The notes under the pieces are model-generated. The model saw only the letters and a program-made list of their open reading frames with translations, had not been told where the DNA came from and did no database searches. A stretch of DNA of 43,617 bases, from NCBI GenBank assembly GCA_964397195.1, contig CAYNGY010000003.1, positions 135,836-179,452 on the forward strand. The letters run 5' to 3'. A program made the position numbers and the translations under genes. Positions 9,124-18,326 of the stretch are shown one piece after another. Source of the stretch: an uncultured Gammaproteobacteria bacterium. GTDB lineage: Bacteria; Patescibacteriota; Patescibacteriia; SBBC01; CAIJZX01. How positions within the stretch are numbered: position 1 is the first letter of the stretch; each line of letters starts with the position of its first letter.

Positions 9124-10215
9124 ATGGGGATTCTGGCCTTCATTATCATTTTAAGCGTTCTCGTCATCGTCCATGAATTTGGACATTTTTTCGCGGCGCG
9201 AAAGAGCGGAGTGACCGTTGAAGAATTCGGGATTGGATTTCCACCACGTCTTTTTTCGATCCGTCGTGGTACGACCCTCTATAGCATTAATGCCATCCCA
9301 TTCGGCGGTTTTGTCCGTTTACTTGGTGAGGATGGACTTGAAGCTGAGCGTCCGGACAGTTTCCGACGAGCTCGTTTCTCACGACAGTTTCTGATTCTCT
9401 TAGCTGGCGTGATCATGAACTTTTTGATGGCCACGCTCCTCATGACCATTGTCTTGGGAATCGGCGTCCGATACGACGCCACAACGGTTTCCAAAAATCG
9501 GTATATTCAATTAAGTGATCAGACGACCCAGGCCTTGACGGTACCCAATGGCGCCGCTGCGTTAGCCGGTATTCAAGATGGTGACGAGATTGTTTCGATT
9601 GATAATCAGCGCCTGGAAGACACCGCGGCGTTAGTGGACTATGTGAAAGCGCGGGCGTATCCGCCGATCGTGGTCACCGTTGCCCGCGCCAATGTCCAAC
9701 AAGCCATTAGTATCATCCCGCAAGATGTGAGCGGGCAGAAGAAGTACGGTATCGGCGTTTCAACCACCGTTCATGTCCGGTACTCGTGGTTAGTGGCTCC
9801 ATGGTATGGGTTAACAACCACGACGTCGCTGGTTGGGCAAACACTGAAAGGGTTTGGCACCTTAGTCTCAGGTCTGGCTCAGGGGCATGTCAGTGAGGAT
9901 GTGACCGGGCCGATCGGGATTGCCGTCATCACGCATGAAGTGAGTCAGTATGGATTTCTTTCACTCCTCCAATTCGCGGCAGTTTTGTCGGTCAGTTTGG
10001 CCGTCTTAAATGTATTGCCGTTGCCGGCCCTAGATGGCGGACGAGCGGTATTTCGGGTGGTGAGCTGGGCTAGTCGTCGGGAAATTGATCGTCGCTTTGA
10101 GGCTTCCATCCATACGGTCGGTTTTTATCTCTTGATTGCCTTTCTGTTCTACATCAGTATTCGCGATGTCGGGAAGTATAATCTCGTTAGTCGAGTCATT
10201 CACTGGTTTCAGTAA
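9124..10215 (+). CDS. rseP: RIP zinc metalloprotease RseP (M50 site-2 protease) with one PDZ domain
   Basis: 'HEFGHFFAAR' (HExxH), a PDZ-like segment 'PNGAAALAGIQDGDEIVSIDNQ', and the C-terminal 'LNVLPLPALDGG' motif. Confidence 0.85.
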   Translation: MGILAFIIILSVLVIVHEFGHFFAARKSGVTVEEFGIGFPPRLFSIRRGTTLYSINAIPFGGFVRLLGEDGLEAERPDSFRRARFSRQFLILLAGVIMNFLMATLLMTIVLGIGVRYDATTVSKNRYIQLSDQTTQALTVPNGAAALAGIQDGDEIVSIDNQRLEDTAALVDYVKARAYPPIVVTVARANVQQAISIIPQDVSGQKKYGIGVSTTVHVRYSWLVAPWYGLTTTTSLVGQTLKGFGTLVSGLAQGHVSEDVTGPIGIAVITHEVSQYGFLSLLQFAAVLSVSLAVLNVLPLPALDGGRAVFRVVSWASRREIDRRFEASIHTVGFYLLIAFLFYISIRDVGKYNLVSRVIHWFQ

Positions 10216-10217
10216 TT

Positions 10218-11273
10218 ATGTTTAATCGTCTTCTCAGTCGCTTCTCGCATGATATCGGTATTGATCTTGGTACCGCCACGACGATGGTGTATGTGAAGGG
10301 GAAAGGTATTGTCGTTAACGAACCTTCTGTCGTCGCACTGAACACGAAAACAAATCAAATAATAGCGGTGGGGGAGCAAGCGCGACGGATGGTGGGGAAG
10401 ACACCCGGTCATATTATCGCCGCCAAACCCCTCGTTGATGGGGTTATCTCTGATTTTGAAGTAACGGAGCGTATGCTGCGTTACTTTTTTGAACAGATCC
10501 ACCGTGAGTCGTTTAGCTTTTTACCGCGTCCGCGGGTTGTGATTGGGATTCCACTCGGGGTCACGGAAGTAGAGCGGAAAGCGGTTGAGGATGCGGCCCT
10601 GCATGCGGGTGCGCGCGAAGTCTACCTCATTGAAGAGCCGATGGCGGCGGCGATTGGCGCCCGTCTCCCGATCCAAGAAGCGTCCGGAAACATGATTATT
10701 GATATTGGTGGCGGGACCACTGAGATAGCTGTTATTTCTTTGGGTGGTGTTGTCTCATGGCGCGCCCTTCGGTTGGGTGGCGTAAAAATGGATCAAGATA
10801 TCGTTCAGTATGCTCGCGAACACTTCAATCTCCTCTTGGGCGATAAGACGGCTGAGGACATCAAAATGAAAATTGGGTCGGCGTGGGACGACGGTCAGGT
10901 GATCGAAGCCCGCGCTCGCGGCCGGGATCTCATTACGGGTCTTCCGCGTGAAGTGATTATGACCAGCCAGCAGGTGCGTGAGGCACTGAGTCGAGCCGTT
11001 GTCAGTATCGTTGATAATATTAAAGCGACCATTGAGAGTACGCCGCCGGAACTGGTTGCCGATATTTATGAGCGTGGAATTGTCTTAACCGGTGGGGGAG
11101 CGCTCTTGCGCGGTGTCGATCGGGCCATTCAGGCGGAAACGAAAATCCCGATTCATATTACTGATGATCCGTTAACGGCGGTTGTGCGGGGCACCGGTAT
11201 TGTCCTGGAAGATCTCGAGCTGATGCGGAGCGTTTTGGTGCTTTCGAGCGACGAAAAACCGTATAACCTGTAG
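10218..11273 (+). CDS. mreB: Actin-like rod-shape protein MreB, paralogue 2 (canonical, heads mreBCD-mrdA)
   Basis: 'IGIDLGTATT', 'NEPSVVA', 'PLVDGVISDF', 'IEEPMAAAIGA', 'MIIDIGGGTTEIAVISLGGVV', 'GIVLTGGGALLRGVD' and 'VVRGTG'. It is followed directly by mreC. Confidence 0.95.
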   Translation: MFNRLLSRFSHDIGIDLGTATTMVYVKGKGIVVNEPSVVALNTKTNQIIAVGEQARRMVGKTPGHIIAAKPLVDGVISDFEVTERMLRYFFEQIHRESFSFLPRPRVVIGIPLGVTEVERKAVEDAALHAGAREVYLIEEPMAAAIGARLPIQEASGNMIIDIGGGTTEIAVISLGGVVSWRALRLGGVKMDQDIVQYAREHFNLLLGDKTAEDIKMKIGSAWDDGQVIEARARGRDLITGLPREVIMTSQQVREALSRAVVSIVDNIKATIESTPPELVADIYERGIVLTGGGALLRGVDRAIQAETKIPIHITDDPLTAVVRGTGIVLEDLELMRSVLVLSSDEKPYNL

Positions 11274-11275
11274 CC

Positions 11276-12064
11276 ATGGCCTTACGTCGCTGGCGTCTTT
11301 CGGTTCAAGGTTTTATCGGTGCCGTGGTGGTGGGTTTGATCGGCGTTGGATTAGCGGTGCCAGCTGTGCGTGGGCTGTTGCAACGGGGCTTTGCGACAAC
11401 CGCCGAATACATTCAACGCTTTGGAACGGCGGTGCGCCTGACCGCTGACAGCCGGGATGTTGAACGTGATAATCAGGAATTACGTCGCACGAATGAGACG
11501 CTTATACAACAGGTGGCAACTTTGAAAAGCGGACTTGAAGCGGCCGGGTCGCTCAGCGCCATTCAACAATTTTTGTCGAGCACACGTCGCCAAGGGACCC
11601 CGGCAGCAATCGTCGCGTATTCGGATGACCCAAGTATTCGTACCTTCACCATTTCGATTGGTCAGCGCGACGGAGTGGCGGTGGGAATGGCGGTAGTCAG
11701 CGCGAATGGGACCGTTGTCGGACGCGTCATTTCGGTCCACGACTCACTCAGTACCGTTCGCGACATTCGTGATACACAGTCATCAATTCTAGCGGTCGTC
11801 GAGAACGAGAAAAAAAGTCCGGGTGTGCTGCGCGGGCAAAAAGGGATAACCTTACGGATGACCTTTATCCCAAAAGATGACGTCGTCACGAGCGGCGAGG
11901 TCGTGGTAACTTCCGGCACGGAAGCTGGCGTACCGCCGGGTCTCGTGATCGGGACGATTCAGGTGCAGGAAACGCGCCCGGGGGACGTTTTTCAAACGGT
12001 GACGATTCTTAATCCGGTCAACGTCTCGGAGATTACTGCCGTAGCCGTGATTCGCAGCATATGA
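11276..12064 (+). CDS. mreC: Rod shape-determining protein MreC
   Basis: N-terminal TM segment, a coiled region ('NQELRRTNETLIQQVATLK'), and beta-rich C-terminal domains ('VVTSGTEAGVPPGLVIGTI'). Its position after mreB supports the call. Confidence 0.8.
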   Translation: MALRRWRLSVQGFIGAVVVGLIGVGLAVPAVRGLLQRGFATTAEYIQRFGTAVRLTADSRDVERDNQELRRTNETLIQQVATLKSGLEAAGSLSAIQQFLSSTRRQGTPAAIVAYSDDPSIRTFTISIGQRDGVAVGMAVVSANGTVVGRVISVHDSLSTVRDIRDTQSSILAVVENEKKSPGVLRGQKGITLRMTFIPKDDVVTSGEVVVTSGTEAGVPPGLVIGTIQVQETRPGDVFQTVTILNPVNVSEITAVAVIRSI

Positions 12065-12573
12065 GAACAATTGGTTGGTATGTGTTTTTGCTGTGCTTGG
12101 TACTGACAGGGGTGATTGTCCAGAATTCTATTTTCGCGCCAAGCGTTTTCCGTTTTTTTGATGTATTGACGGTCGTAACCTTGTGGCTAGCTATATCGGG
12201 ACGGCTGATTGACGCTTGGCTTTTTCTTTTTGTCGCCAGTGGCATCGTTGATGTACTGCTCGGGTGGACTATCCCGGTGCATCTTATCGGCGGCACGCTT
12301 GGGCTGGCGTCATTTCTACTCTTGCGGCGGCGAGTTTTTTCGTCACAAACGCCATTCTCAGTTTCGGTAAACGCCATGATTGCGGTGGCGCTCTCGACGC
12401 TCCTGTCCCATGTGGCGGTTGGGTTGTCGTGGATAACTGGCCTTGATCAGGGTCTGCGATTCGATAATTTCTGGTCGTTCATGGTGGCCCGAATTGTATT
12501 CGTTGGGGTGGCGATAAGCATGATCTCGGCTTCACGCCGTCGTCAATTATCACGTTTACAACGATTCTCATGA
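12061..12573 (+). CDS. mreD: Rod shape-determining protein MreD (polytopic membrane protein)
   Basis: A 170-aa protein that is almost entirely hydrophobic. It has ATGA overlaps with mreC (12061-12064) and mrdA (12570-12573). The call rests mainly on position and topology. Confidence 0.55.
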   Translation: MRTIGWYVFLLCLVLTGVIVQNSIFAPSVFRFFDVLTVVTLWLAISGRLIDAWLFLFVASGIVDVLLGWTIPVHLIGGTLGLASFLLLRRRVFSSQTPFSVSVNAMIAVALSTLLSHVAVGLSWITGLDQGLRFDNFWSFMVARIVFVGVAISMISASRRRQLSRLQRFS

Positions 12574-14489
12574 AACGCGACCGCTTCAATTGGTACTGGC
12601 CGGCATTATCCGTCCGGGCACAGTCTCCACGCGCTCCTGATATTGATGAAATATGGGAAGAGCGGACCGCGGTTCAGGCAACTCCGACTGAGCGTCCTTC
12701 AACGCGAAGAGTTTTGATCGTGGCTGTCCTCCCACTGTGTGTGATGTTTGGGCTTTTGGCGCGATTGGCATTTTTACAGTTGCGGCAAAGTGATGCCTAC
12801 CGGCAACTCGTCGACCGAAACCAATATCGGTATGTCGAAGTGCCGGCGCCACGCGGTGCAATTTTGGATCGAAATGGTGTCACCATGGTCGATAACGCTC
12901 CGAATTATGTGTTGACGGTTATTCCAGCGAGTGTCCCAACAAAGAAAGCGCCGCGCGAGGCATTTCTGGCCAATATTACGCGGGTAACCGGTATGGCAGC
13001 CGGTGATATAGAAAAAAAGTTGACCAATAAAAAGTATTCGCAATCAGATGCGGTACCAGTCCTCGATCATATTCCTTTTGCTCGGGCCCTCCAATATGCT
13101 GTTTCCTTCGACGATGTCACTGGGGTGAACGTAACCGCATATCCGACCCGTTCGTATATCTATGGTGAAGCCGACGCGCCGGTGATTGGGTATATTGGAG
13201 CGGTGACCGATAAAGAACTCCGAACCTATTCATATTTAACAAAAGATGATGAGATTGGAAAAACGGGTGTTGAACTCACATATAACCAAGCGTTAACCGG
13301 GACGCCGGGTTTTATCGCGTACGAACGGACCGGTAAAAATGAGTTTTTGTCTTCGACACGTCATCGCGACCCGGTTCCAGGAAAAACATTGCATCTGACG
13401 ATTGACCAGGAGTTACAACGCCGACTGTACGAGGCGGTCGTTGAGCAGGTACAGAAAGCGCACAGTAGTGGTGGAGCTGCTGTGGCGCTTGATCCTCGAA
13501 ATGGGGATATTCTCGGTCTCGTTTCTGTCCCCACCTACGACAGTAACTGGTTTATTCAGCCCGATCTTCGATCAAAAGCAACCGACGCCGTCACCAATCC
13601 GAAACGATTGATGCTAAACCGAGCTATCAGTGGACAATATCCATCGGGGTCTATCATTAAGCCGATTATCTCGGCGGCCGCCTTAGCCGAGCATGTCATC
13701 ACACCGCAAACAATCGTCATGAGTGTGGGTGGTTTTAAGGTTGGACCAAACTTTTTTCCGGATTGGAAAGCCGGTGGTCACGGGGCGACGAACGTTTTGA
13801 AGGCAATCGCCGAATCCGTCAACACCTTTTTCTATGCGATTGGTGGTGGTCACGAAGATCAAGTTGGTCTAGGGGTTGAGCGGATTGTTACGTACTTGGC
13901 CAAGTTCGGATGGGGGCGAGAACTGGGGGTTGATCTGCCAAATGAAGCAGATGGGTTTTTGCCAATCAAAACCTGGCGTGAAACGCAACGGGCGACACCA
14001 TGGCGCCTTGGTGATACCTACCATCTTTCTATCGGTCAAGGAGACCTTGAGGTTACACCGTTGCAAGTCGCCGCGTCGACTGTAGCGATTGCCAATGGTG
14101 GCACACTGTATGCCCCTCGCGTTGTTTCGGAGATCACGGATGCTGACGGCGCCGTCGTCCAAACTATCGCTCCGAAAGTCATTGCCGATCATCTGGTATC
14201 AAGTAATGTATTGAGTACGGTGCGCGCCGGGATGCGCGAGGGTGTTTTAACAGGTAGCTCACGTTCGCTCCTCGATTTGCCAATTACTGCCGCCGCCAAA
14301 ACCGGTACCGCCCAATATGGAAACCAGGGTAAGACCCATGCCTGGTTTTCGGCGTTCGCACCCTATGAGGACCCAAAGATTGTAATCGCGGTCATTATTG
14401 AAGGGGGTGGGGAGGGGCATGCAAGTGCGCTGCCGGTCGCGAAAGAAGTATTGCAATGGTACGCGACCCGCTTGTCCGCCACCCATTGA
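12570..14489 (+). CDS. mrdA: Penicillin-binding protein 2 (elongasome class B transpeptidase)
   Basis: N-terminal TM segment and 'RG.I.DRNG' in the dimerisation domain. The transpeptidase motifs are 'SGSIIKP' (SxxK), 'SVN' (SxN) and 'KTGTA' (KTG). Confidence 0.9.
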   Translation: MKRDRFNWYWPALSVRAQSPRAPDIDEIWEERTAVQATPTERPSTRRVLIVAVLPLCVMFGLLARLAFLQLRQSDAYRQLVDRNQYRYVEVPAPRGAILDRNGVTMVDNAPNYVLTVIPASVPTKKAPREAFLANITRVTGMAAGDIEKKLTNKKYSQSDAVPVLDHIPFARALQYAVSFDDVTGVNVTAYPTRSYIYGEADAPVIGYIGAVTDKELRTYSYLTKDDEIGKTGVELTYNQALTGTPGFIAYERTGKNEFLSSTRHRDPVPGKTLHLTIDQELQRRLYEAVVEQVQKAHSSGGAAVALDPRNGDILGLVSVPTYDSNWFIQPDLRSKATDAVTNPKRLMLNRAISGQYPSGSIIKPIISAAALAEHVITPQTIVMSVGGFKVGPNFFPDWKAGGHGATNVLKAIAESVNTFFYAIGGGHEDQVGLGVERIVTYLAKFGWGRELGVDLPNEADGFLPIKTWRETQRATPWRLGDTYHLSIGQGDLEVTPLQVAASTVAIANGGTLYAPRVVSEITDADGAVVQTIAPKVIADHLVSSNVLSTVRAGMREGVLTGSSRSLLDLPITAAAKTGTAQYGNQGKTHAWFSAFAPYEDPKIVIAVIIEGGGEGHASALPVAKEVLQWYATRLSATH

Positions 14490-14514
14490 CAGGTATGGTA
14501 AATTTCGGTACCAT
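14486..14514 (+). promoter_or_regulatory. Putative sigma70-type promoter for greA
   Basis: TTGACA (14486-14491, overlapping the mrdA stop), a 17-nt spacer, then TACCAT (14509-14514). This is one of only two gaps over 30 nt in the 20 kb plus-strand run. Confidence 0.35.
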
Positions 14515-14559
14515 CGCCGTGGCCTCCTATCTTGTGGGAGGGCATTGAGTATCACACCC

Positions 14560-15027
14560 ATGATTGATTCAACGACCTACCTCACATCAGACGGACTCGA
14601 AAAGCTCCGACTCGAATTAACGGAGCTTGTTCACACGAAGCGGAAAGAAATTGCCGCTCGGATCCAAGAGGCCAAGGAGCTCGGCGATTTGTCGGAAAAC
14701 GCCGAATATCAGGGCGCTCGTGAAGAACAGGCGTTTAACGAAGGCCGGATTGAAGAGATCGAGGCCATTTTGCGTACGGCCGTCATTATCAATGATTCTT
14801 CAAAGAAGAAAGAGCTCGTCCAAGTCGGTTCAACGGTGACCATGAAATTCCATGGGAAGAGTCAGACCGTTCAGATTGTTGGTTCGAATGAGGCCGATCC
14901 GATGACCGGGACAATCTCCAACGTCTCGCCGATTGGGCAAGCCCTGCTCGGCCATCGCGCTGGGGAGACGGTTATTGCCAAAACACCGAAAGGCGACTTG
15001 GAAATACAGATCGAATCGTTGTCGTAG
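14560..15027 (+). CDS. greA: Transcription elongation factor GreA
   Basis: 'LTSDGLEKLRLELTEL...RKEIAARIQEAKELGDLSENAEY..AREEQ' and the C-terminal 'SPIGQALLGHRAGE'. I used ATG 14560. The track's start at 14398 lies inside mrdA. Confidence 0.9.
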   Translation: MIDSTTYLTSDGLEKLRLELTELVHTKRKEIAARIQEAKELGDLSENAEYQGAREEQAFNEGRIEEIEAILRTAVIINDSSKKKELVQVGSTVTMKFHGKSQTVQIVGSNEADPMTGTISNVSPIGQALLGHRAGETVIAKTPKGDLEIQIESLS

Positions 15028-15033
15028 TCATAT

Positions 15034-15062
15034 TTGAGGGCCGACGGGGAATCTGCTAGAAT
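15034..15062 (+). promoter_or_regulatory. Putative promoter for lysS giving a leaderless mRNA
   Basis: TTGAGG (15034-15039), a 17-nt spacer, then TAGAAT (15057-15062). Only 6 nt separate the -10 box from ATG 15069. Confidence 0.45.
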
Positions 15063-15068
15063 AGCCCC

Positions 15069-16523
15069 ATGTCCGAGCGTTCAGATCAGGAAGAAATTCG
15101 ACGCCAGCGTCGTGATGAAATGATTGCGGCCGGTGTTGACGTCTATCCGGCTCGATCGAATCGTCAGCAGACCATTGCTGTGGTTTTGGGTGATTGGGTT
15201 GATGGACAGTCGGTCGCGATCGCCGGGCGCGTTCGTTCGCTCCGGCTACAAGGCGGTTCCGCGTTTGCCCATATAGAAGATGAGTCCGGTCGGATGCAAG
15301 TTTTTTTTCAATCGAAAAAACTCGGGACGGCGTTTGCAGAGATCATCGCTCGCCTAGACCTTGGCGACTTTATTGATGTCCAAGGGCTGACGTTTATGAC
15401 TAAGCGCGGTGAACGGACAGTTGATGTTCAGGACGTCCGCTGGCTCGGAAAAGCACTTCGGCCACTCCCATCGGCCTGGCACGGATTAGCTGACGTTGAG
15501 ACCCGATACCGTTTTCGCGAGTTAGATTTATTGACGAATGATGCGGTTCGCCACGTCTTTATTTCACGCGGAAAAATCCTCCATGCGGTTCGTACGTTTT
15601 TAGTCAATCACGGGTATATTGAAGTTGAAACACCGATGCTGCAGGCGCTGGCTGGCGGGGCGACGGCGCGTCCCTTTACGACACATCATCATGCCCTCGA
15701 CATCGATTTATTTTTACGGGTGGCTCCGGAACTCTACTTGAAGCGACTGGTTGTCGGCGGGATGGGGCGAGTTTTCGAAATTGGTCGTAATTTTCGTAAT
15801 GAAGGTATTGACCGAGATCACAACCCTGAATTTACCATGCTCGAGTGTTACGCACCGTTTACAGATTACGAATGGCTGATGGATTTGACTGAGGATATTT
15901 TTATCGCCGCGACGAGCGCTATTCATGGACAGGCGGTGATTCCGATTGGCGAGACGTCGGTACCGCTGCACAAGCCGTTCCCGCGGCAGTCATACCGTGA
16001 ATCAATTCTGTCACGAACGAAACTCGACATTGATGTACTCTCGGACGATGATCTACGGACGAAGGGGCGAGCGCTTGGAACGGATCTCCCGGACACCATG
16101 AGTCGGCCGAAGATGATTGATGAGATTTTCAAAACGCATGTCCGTCCAACGATTTCGGCGCCGGCATTCATCTACGATTATCCGCTTGAACTTTCGCCGT
16201 TAGCAAAAAAGAAGTTTAATCAGCCGGCATATACGGAACGATTCCAGTTATTAGTTGCCGGGACAGAGCTGGGGAATGCGTTCAGCGAATTGAACGATCC
16301 GGTTGACCAGGCAGAGCGTTTTGCCGCCCAAGAGGCGTTGCGTACGGGCGGTGACGATGAGGCCCAGCCGCATGACGATACATATATTCGGTCACTGGAA
16401 TATGGCTTACCACCAACGTCCGGATTAGGTATTGGCATTGACCGTCTCACAGCAGTCATTCTTGGTCAGCGCGCCCTGAAAGACGTCATTCTGTTCCCAA
16501 CGTTAAAGCCCGAGCAACCATGA
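15069..16523 (+). CDS. lysS: Lysine--tRNA ligase (class II)
   Basis: OB-fold N-terminus, 'RYRFRELDL', 'FIEVETPML', 'ELYLKRLVVGG..RVFEIGRNFRNEG', 'HNPEFTMLE' and 'GLGIGIDRL'. Confidence 0.95.
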   Translation: MSERSDQEEIRRQRRDEMIAAGVDVYPARSNRQQTIAVVLGDWVDGQSVAIAGRVRSLRLQGGSAFAHIEDESGRMQVFFQSKKLGTAFAEIIARLDLGDFIDVQGLTFMTKRGERTVDVQDVRWLGKALRPLPSAWHGLADVETRYRFRELDLLTNDAVRHVFISRGKILHAVRTFLVNHGYIEVETPMLQALAGGATARPFTTHHHALDIDLFLRVAPELYLKRLVVGGMGRVFEIGRNFRNEGIDRDHNPEFTMLECYAPFTDYEWLMDLTEDIFIAATSAIHGQAVIPIGETSVPLHKPFPRQSYRESILSRTKLDIDVLSDDDLRTKGRALGTDLPDTMSRPKMIDEIFKTHVRPTISAPAFIYDYPLELSPLAKKKFNQPAYTERFQLLVAGTELGNAFSELNDPVDQAERFAAQEALRTGGDDEAQPHDDTYIRSLEYGLPPTSGLGIGIDRLTAVILGQRALKDVILFPTLKPEQP

Positions 16524-17071
16524 CCCGGGCCGACGCGCTTGCTATCGTTGAAGCGCATGTTAAGAATATCAATCTCCGGCGCCATATGTTTGCGGTTGAA
16601 GCGGCGATGCGGGCATATGCGACCCAGTACCATGGCGATCCCGAGGTCTGGGGCCTGGCCGGGTTACTGCATGATTTCGACTGGGAGATTCATCCGACTT
16701 TAGAACAACATCCGCAAGCGGGCCAGTCGATTTTAGCCGCTCGCGGTGTGCCGGATGATATTCAGCGCGCGATTTTAGCCCATGCGCCACATACCGGCGT
16801 CGTCCCGACGACCGATATGGAAAAGTGTTTATTTGCTTGCGATGAAATTACCGGCTTGATTGTTGCCTGTGCACTGGTCACGCCCGAAAAAAAACTTTCG
16901 GCCGTCCGTGTCGAGTCAGTTAAGAAAAAGTTGAGCCAGAAGAGCTTTGCCGCCAACGTGAATCGCAACGACATCGCCGCCGGTGTGTCGATGCTCGGGA
17001 CGACCCTCGACACGCACATTTCTACGGTTTTGAAGGCTATGCAGCACGTCGCTAATGAATTGGGTTTATGA
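16520..17071 (+). CDS. HD/HDIG-domain metal-dependent phosphohydrolase
   Basis: 'LRRHMFAVEAAMRAYA...GLAGLLHDFDWE' (H...HD) and a downstream 'ILAHAPH'. The 183-aa protein has 4-nt ATGA overlaps with both lysS and serS. Confidence 0.7.
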   Translation: MTRADALAIVEAHVKNINLRRHMFAVEAAMRAYATQYHGDPEVWGLAGLLHDFDWEIHPTLEQHPQAGQSILAARGVPDDIQRAILAHAPHTGVVPTTDMEKCLFACDEITGLIVACALVTPEKKLSAVRVESVKKKLSQKSFAANVNRNDIAAGVSMLGTTLDTHISTVLKAMQHVANELGL

Positions 17072-18324
17072 TTGACTATAAAGATTTTCAAAAAAATCCT
17101 GAACCATACCTCGACGGCATGCGCCGTCGTGGAAAAAAGTTTGTTGAACTGATGGCTTCCGTTTCACAACCGTCAGCATCGCTTGGGACGAAGGACCAGG
17201 CCGAGCTTCAACAACTCCAGGCGCAGATAAACGCGGCCAATAAAGTAATTCCGACCCTCGCCCCGGCGGATAAGAAAACAAAAATTGCCGAAATGAAAAA
17301 AATCTCGGATAGCATTGCCGAGTTGAAGTCGAAGCAGTTGACCGGTGAAGCCTCGGCCGAGGTCGTCATCCCAAATATTCCTCGTCCTGATGTACCGGCC
17401 GGTGATGATGAAACCGGCAATGTCGTTCTGCGCGAGGTGGGGACGAAGCCGACGCTGTCGAATCCGCGGCCGTATCTTGAGGTGGCTGAGGCACTACATT
17501 TGATCGACATTAAACGAGCCGGGAAAGTCTCCGGGTCGCGTTTCGGCTATCTCATGGGACCCTTAGCGCAATTGGAGTTTGCGGTTGTTCAATACACTCT
17601 CGCCCATCTTGTCCCACAGGGGTTTACCGCGGTGGTTCCACCAGTCATGATCAAAGAAGAGAACATGGCGGCCATGGGTTACCTGAGCGGGGGAGGGGAA
17701 GACGAGACGTATCACTTTGCGAAGGACGGGCTCTACCTCGTTGGAACAAGTGAGCAGTCTGTCGGCCCGATGCACCGCGACGAGGTTTTTACGGCGGCGG
17801 AATTACCCAGGCGGTATGTTGCGTTCTCAACGTGCTTTCGTCGTGAGGCCGGATCGTACGGGAAGGACACGAAAGGCATCTTGCGAGTGCATCAGTTTGA
17901 TAAATTAGAAATGTTTTCGTTCACCGGACCGGAAGACTCCGACCAGGAACACGCATTCTTGCTGTCGATGGAAGAAGAGCTGATGCAGGGCTTGGCCTTA
18001 CCGTATCGGGTGGTGCAATTATGTGCCGGTGATTTAGGTTGGCCGAGCGCCCGTACATATGACATTGAAACATGGATGCCGGGCCAAGGCGTCTATCGTG
18101 AAACACATTCGACTTCGACCACGACCGATTACCAATCACGGGCTTTGAACATTAAAGTTGAGCGAGGTGGCAAGCGAGAATATGTCCACATGTTGAATGG
18201 GACCGCGTTCGCGATTGGTCGAATACTGATTGCGATTATCGAAAATTACCAGCAAGCCGACGGGTCAATTGTGGTGCCGGAAGCACTTCGTCCATACATG
18301 CTGGGACTCGATGTGATTCGGTAA
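17068..18324 (+). CDS. serS: Serine--tRNA ligase
   Basis: N-terminal coiled-coil arm, 'GSRFGYL', 'FRREAGSYGKDTKGILRVHQFDKLE' and 'LNGTAFAIGRILIAIIENYQ'. Confidence 0.95.
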   Translation: MIDYKDFQKNPEPYLDGMRRRGKKFVELMASVSQPSASLGTKDQAELQQLQAQINAANKVIPTLAPADKKTKIAEMKKISDSIAELKSKQLTGEASAEVVIPNIPRPDVPAGDDETGNVVLREVGTKPTLSNPRPYLEVAEALHLIDIKRAGKVSGSRFGYLMGPLAQLEFAVVQYTLAHLVPQGFTAVVPPVMIKEENMAAMGYLSGGGEDETYHFAKDGLYLVGTSEQSVGPMHRDEVFTAAELPRRYVAFSTCFRREAGSYGKDTKGILRVHQFDKLEMFSFTGPEDSDQEHAFLLSMEEELMQGLALPYRVVQLCAGDLGWPSARTYDIETWMPGQGVYRETHSTSTTTDYQSRALNIKVERGGKREYVHMLNGTAFAIGRILIAIIENYQQADGSIVVPEALRPYMLGLDVIR

Positions 18325-18326
18325 CT

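Noticed and set aside
14398-14559. The track's N-terminal extension of greA (start at 14398).
   Set aside because: The extension overlaps the conserved 3' end of mrdA by 92 nt and is Arg/Cys-rich. The GreA homology begins at ATG 14560, downstream of a promoter-like motif.
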